Source of the DNA: Patescibacteria group bacterium
Lineage (GTDB): Bacteria > Patescibacteriota > Patescibacteriia > JAHJFT01
Direction: 5' to 3'
DNA length: 64,000 nt
NCBI GenBank assembly: GCA_028710985.1
Contig: JAQTTB010000002.1
Span: forward strand, 6,888-70,887
Numbering within the stretch: the first letter of the stretch is position 1; each line of letters opens with the position of its first letter. This document shows positions 60,066-64,000 of the stretch, piece by piece. Below the pieces are notes generated by a model, which saw only the letters and a program-made list of their open reading frames with translations, did not search any database and was not told the DNA's origin. A program made the translations under genes and the position numbers.

Positions 60066-60935
60066 ATGAAAAAAGCGCTCGTATTCTACAATCCCAAGGC
60101 CGGCATTGTTTCCAAAAATAAAAAACGGCAGAAGCTCGTTGACGCGCTGGACCAGGCCGGCATCCAATCCCAGACTGTTCTGGTGCAGGATTATTGTAAA
60201 AAAAATTACCCGTCCAATGCACAATGTGATGTCGTGATTGCCGCCGGCGGCGACGGCACCATTTGCTTAGCCGCAAACTACATCATGAAACATTGTCCCG
60301 GAACGCCGCTCGGCATCATTCCCATGGGCTCGGGAAATCTTTTCGCCGAAACCATGTCCATTCCGGTAAATTTCGAACGCGCGATCAAAACCATCGCCGC
60401 CGCCAAAACAAAAAAAATTGATCTTGGCCTGGTGGACGGCCGTGAATATTTTGTATTATCATTTTCAATTGGCCACATGGCCGAAGTCATCTGCCGCACC
60501 CCGCAGTGTGATAAACAGCGCTACGGATTTTTTGCCTACCTCAAGGCCTTCATCATCCGCCGTATCAAAATTCGCCAGTTTGAATTTGAGGTTGACGGCA
60601 AGCCGTTCAAAATATTTGGCAATAATCTTTTTATATTCAACGGCATCCGCTTTTTTGGCTTCACCCCGGCAAAAAAATCCGATTGCCAGGACGGCGAGTT
60701 GGATCTTTTCATCACCTCCAACCGCTCGTTCATCGGCTGGTGGCAGGCCTTTTTATACATGGTACTTTTTAAAAAACCGCCGCACCTTGTCTCTACCACT
60801 TCAGGAAAAGAGTTTATCATTCACTCCACCGAAACTGGCGATCTTCGCGCCCAGATTGACGGCGACCGGCTGGAGCTCGGCCGAAGCGCCAAGATTACCA
60901 TCGTGCCATCTGTTCTTGATGTCATAACTCCCTAA
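60066..60935 (+). CDS. diacylglycerol/lipid kinase (YegS/DgkB family)
   Basis: YNPKAG, AAGGDGT, IIPMGSGN, QIDGD. Confidence 0.92.
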   Translation: MKKALVFYNPKAGIVSKNKKRQKLVDALDQAGIQSQTVLVQDYCKKNYPSNAQCDVVIAAGGDGTICLAANYIMKHCPGTPLGIIPMGSGNLFAETMSIPVNFERAIKTIAAAKTKKIDLGLVDGREYFVLSFSIGHMAEVICRTPQCDKQRYGFFAYLKAFIIRRIKIRQFEFEVDGKPFKIFGNNLFIFNGIRFFGFTPAKKSDCQDGELDLFITSNRSFIGWWQAFLYMVLFKKPPHLVSTTSGKEFIIHSTETGDLRAQIDGDRLELGRSAKITIVPSVLDVITP

Positions 60936-60939
60936 ATTT

Positions 60940-61530
60940 ATGTCAAACCGTTTTTTTGAAATAAAAGAAAAACTCCTCTCTTCCACTGTCCGGCATTTTC
61001 CGCGTTTTATAACGCCCAACCTGATCACCATAATGCGGATATTTTTTTTGCCGGTAATTATTTATTACATCCTCCATGGCAGGTTATTCGTAGCCATGAT
61101 TTTTTTCATTATAGTTTTTCTCCTTGACGTACTCGACGGTCCGCTCGCGCGAAGTCGAGGCCTGGTCACCAATTTCGGCGCGCTCGCCGATCCGTTTATT
61201 GATAAAATAATCTTCATCACCGTCCTGCTGCTTGTCACCTGGAACTCCCTGCCGCATTCGGTTATCTATACAATACTCGCCCTGGAAATTATGATGATGC
61301 TGGTCGCCGCCGTGCTCGCGCCTGTTGCTAAAAAACTTAACTTTAAATTCAAGGTCGGCGCCAACAAGTGGGGAAAATACAAAATGGTACTACAATTCGC
61401 CGGCATTGTCCTGATCATGGCCGCGCCGGAAAATCGAATTGTCATTGAAATCGCCACCGTATTTTTCTGCCTGGCGATAATCTATTCCGCCCGCAGCCTG
61501 GTCACCCACTGCAAGTCAATACAGCAATAA
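60940..61530 (+). CDS. CDP-alcohol phosphatidyltransferase (PgsA-like)
   Basis: PNLIT..R, DVLDGPLAR....T.FGALADPFIDK. Confidence 0.92.
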   Translation: MSNRFFEIKEKLLSSTVRHFPRFITPNLITIMRIFFLPVIIYYILHGRLFVAMIFFIIVFLLDVLDGPLARSRGLVTNFGALADPFIDKIIFITVLLLVTWNSLPHSVIYTILALEIMMMLVAAVLAPVAKKLNFKFKVGANKWGKYKMVLQFAGIVLIMAAPENRIVIEIATVFFCLAIIYSARSLVTHCKSIQQ

Positions 61531-61576
61531 AAAACTTTCAAACAATAAAACACGCTCCCGCGTGTTTTTTTTATTT

Positions 61577-61708
61577 GTCATCCTGAGCCCCCCGCATAGC
61601 GGGGCGGGCGAAGGATCTCACATTTCTCGCAAACCGCTGTGGCGCCATGAATAGTCATCACGAGACCGTGAGATCCTTCGCCCCGCCTTCGGCGGGACTC
61701 AGGATGAC
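61577..61708. repeat. REP-like inverted pair without ORF
   Basis: GTCATCCTGAG..CGAAGGATCTCAC / GTGAGATCCTTCG..CTCAGGATGAC. Confidence 0.75.
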
Positions 61709-61771
61709 GACAACGTCTTGCGCGTAAAAAAAGGCCCATGGCTATACGCAAGGCCTGTTTTATAAAAATTA

Positions 61772-62239
61772 TTAATTCAACCGCCAAACGTTTATCGCGA
61801 GAAACGTGGCGAACGCCACCCAGCCGGCGTACGGCAGCATGAGCCATGCCGCAGCGCGCGAGCGCGGCCATTCCATAATCATTATCGCGATGACCGTGGC
61901 CTCGAGAAATATCATCTCCAAAATCGCAAGCCCCATCAAATGCCACGCAAACCACAGCACGCACCAAAACGCGTTCAAGAAACCGTTGATAATAAAAAGT
62001 ACGGCTATCATCCTGAATCCCGCGTCATGTGGAAACTTATTCCACGCGATCAAAAGCGAAATGGTGGAAAGAATGTAAATCACGGTCCACGCCGCGCCAA
62101 TGACCCAGCCCGGCGGAGCGAACGCCGGAAGTTTTAACGTATCGTACCAGTCCATTCCCATCCCGGTAAAATATGATCCCAGCCAGCCGATGGCGAACGT
62201 GACAAGCGGTATAATTATGTAATTTGGTTTAATTTTCAT
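61772..62239 (-). CDS. tspO: TspO/MBR tryptophan-rich sensory protein
   Basis: WY..L..P..APPGW....AWT..Y, LN..W, PY..W..FA..L; start reset to MKIKP. Confidence 0.9.
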   Translation of the reverse strand: MKIKPNYIIIPLVTFAIGWLGSYFTGMGMDWYDTLKLPAFAPPGWVIGAAWTVIYILSTISLLIAWNKFPHDAGFRMIAVLFIINGFLNAFWCVLWFAWHLMGLAILEMIFLEATVIAIMIMEWPRSRAAAWLMLPYAGWVAFATFLAINVWRLN

Positions 62240-62244
62240 ATTTT

Positions 62245-62946
62245 TTATTCCTTGCCCGCGCCGGCATTCGCAAAACACTGCAATAATTCTTCGGTCATCT
62301 TCCACCCGCATTTTCCGTCCACCCCGCGCTCGCAAATCGCGTTGCGGTAGCAGAGATATTCGGTCTTGAATTCGCAAGTCGTAATCGTATCCTCGTCGGC
62401 GCAAACCTGGCCACTGCATCCGGTCACCACGCAGCCACCTCTCGCCCGCCAGCCTTCGGTGGCTGAAAGGTTAAAACGCACCGGTATACTGATCTCCTTG
62501 TCATTCTCCGGCAAACCGGACGCATTATCATTCATAAGTATGATTGTCCCGGTCTCGGTCTCTGGCTTGTCATAAACAATGGATGCCGTGAACGGCACAA
62601 AATCCTCGGTCATCCAGTCGCTTTGCGCCGCGGCCGCCACTTGTCCGAGCAGGTTACCGTTTCCGTCAACAAGCCGCACCGGAAACGATGCCTCAAAATA
62701 CCAGCCACCGCGCGCCTGTCCGGTCACAACGAGCGGGCTCCCAACCAGCGCGTCTTCAAGCGGCGACGTAACGCGAATCATGTCCGATAAATCAGCCACC
62801 ACCGGTGTTTCGTTAATCTCTTCGCCGGTTGGCAGCTGTGGCTCGGGCGCGGTTACCCGGGGCACCAAAGTCCAGTAATAATACGCCATGGCTCCGATAA
62901 AAACCAAAATAAACAATGCGATTACGATTTTCCATGTTTTGTTCAT
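62245..62946 (-). CDS. membrane-anchored Gmad2 Ig-like protein with eight-cysteine-cluster-like tail
   Basis: GQARG.WYFEASFPV, DNASGLPE; C..TGCSGQVC..TTCE..C..CGW. Confidence 0.85.
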   Translation of the reverse strand: MNKTWKIVIALFILVFIGAMAYYYWTLVPRVTAPEPQLPTGEEINETPVVADLSDMIRVTSPLEDALVGSPLVVTGQARGGWYFEASFPVRLVDGNGNLLGQVAAAAQSDWMTEDFVPFTASIVYDKPETETGTIILMNDNASGLPENDKEISIPVRFNLSATEGWRARGGCVVTGCSGQVCADEDTITTCEFKTEYLCYRNAICERGVDGKCGWKMTEELLQCFANAGAGKE

Positions 62947-62964
62947 ACAAAAAATTAATAATTA

Positions 62965-63648
62965 TTATAATTCATAAATCACATCCTTGCGTTCCACCAC
63001 GATCTTCCAACCGCGCCGCTTTGCTTCGTCATAAAGCTTGCGGTTTGGATTGAAACAAACCGGATTTTCAACGGCTCCAAGCAGACTGATATCCCCCTCG
63101 CTGTCGCCCACACCGTACGAACCCTCGAGCGTGAGATCTTCTTTCTCGCGCGCCCTCTCCAAAATCTTGGCCTTGTCGGCAATCAAATCCGCATATTCCA
63201 TCACGCCGGTGAACTTTCCGTCATCGCCCACCACGTAAATCCGGCCGTAGACTTTATCAAAGCCCATGCCGTTCCCAAAATCCTGCACAATCTCCATGGG
63301 CGAATGAGAAATCGCGAGTAAAAAATAATCCTTGGATTTTAATTCGCGAACAAGATCGCGCGTGTACCGATAGACGCGATTCTTCATTTGCCCGATCACT
63401 CGGCCAACCACATTTTTAAACCGCGCGTAATCCACGCCGGCAATGTTATTATTATAAGCCGAAACCACGGCATTGATATAATCGTCGTAAGAGCCCCGCC
63501 GGTCCAGCCAGGCGGCATATTGGTTTTCAAACGCCCGGCGGAAATCTTTTGGAAAAAGGCCCTCGTCAACCATCTCGTTTACGAGCTCAATTAAAAGGCT
63601 GGACCGAAAAATCGTGCCGTCGATATCAAATATTGCAACTTTTTTCAT
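62965..63648 (-). CDS. HAD-IB family phosphatase
   Basis: FDIDGT, ISHS, K, VGDSEGD, FNP; start reset to MKKVA. Confidence 0.9.
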   Translation of the reverse strand: MKKVAIFDIDGTIFRSSLLIELVNEMVDEGLFPKDFRRAFENQYAAWLDRRGSYDDYINAVVSAYNNNIAGVDYARFKNVVGRVIGQMKNRVYRYTRDLVRELKSKDYFLLAISHSPMEIVQDFGNGMGFDKVYGRIYVVGDDGKFTGVMEYADLIADKAKILERAREKEDLTLEGSYGVGDSEGDISLLGAVENPVCFNPNRKLYDEAKRRGWKIVVERKDVIYEL

Positions 63649-63652
63649 AAGA

Positions 63653-64000
63653 TTAACATTTCCCCGCGAGCTGACCGCAGGCGGCTTCAATATCCTGACC
63701 AAAACTCCAGCGCTGGGTCACATTCACCCCGGCCTGTGCCAAAATTTCTTTAAAGGCTTTTATGCGTTCGGCTTTTGACGCTAAGAAATTGCCGGTCGGA
63801 TTAAAGCGGATTAAATTGACAAAATATAATGGATTATTCATGAGCCGCGCCAGAGCGCGCGCGTCTTCGTCTGTGTCATTTACCCCGTCAATCATCAGAT
63901 ATTCAAACATCACCTTACGCCGCGTCTTCCCGGCGTACTGTGCCACCTCGGCCATGAGCTCGTCAAGCGGATATTTTTTGGCAATCGGCATGAGCCGGAC
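63653..64000 (-). CDS. rlmN: 23S rRNA m2A2503 methyltransferase, C-terminal part (5' truncated)
   Basis: FEYLMIDGVND, VNLI.FN, GQDIEAACGQL. Confidence 0.93.
   Translation of the reverse strand, partial: VRLMPIAKKYPLDELMAEVAQYAGKTRRKVMFEYLMIDGVNDTDEDARALARLMNNPLYFVNLIRFNPTGNFLASKAERIKAFKEILAQAGVNVTQRWSFGQDIEAACGQLAGKC

Overview
A 64-kb chromosomal segment that looks like a Patescibacteria (CPR/Parcubacteria-type) genome. This is inferred from gene content, SD-less or leaderless core genes and CPR-type repeat families, not from a database search. The housekeeping backbone holds glyA, folD, dnaB, recR, rplU, tgt, mraZ-rsmH-ftsL, uvrABC, typA, rpoD-dnaG, rlmN, tRNA-Asn and tRNA-Ser. Two accessory systems stand out. 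(1) At 2.4-9.8 kb is an integron-like array driven by a short 270-aa tyrosine recombinase that lacks the IntI-specific insertion. Its five attC-like sites share a non-canonical branched fold, each cassette is enclosed by its own long terminal inverted repeats with a conserved 2-nt bubble, and one attC carries a whole ORF inside a hairpin arm. (2) At 40.1-52.6 kb is a defence/replication island in tRNA-Asn whose crossover lies inside the large serine recombinase gene, so excision would swap the enzyme's C-terminal tail. Also notable are a transcription unit ending in a tRNA-like RNA with an expanded anticodon domain, self-contained orphan gene islets with strong SD sites, an in-frame palindrome in uvrA and a carS-DAG kinase-pgsA lipid operon. 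All assignments were made by eye from motifs; no searches or folding programs were run.
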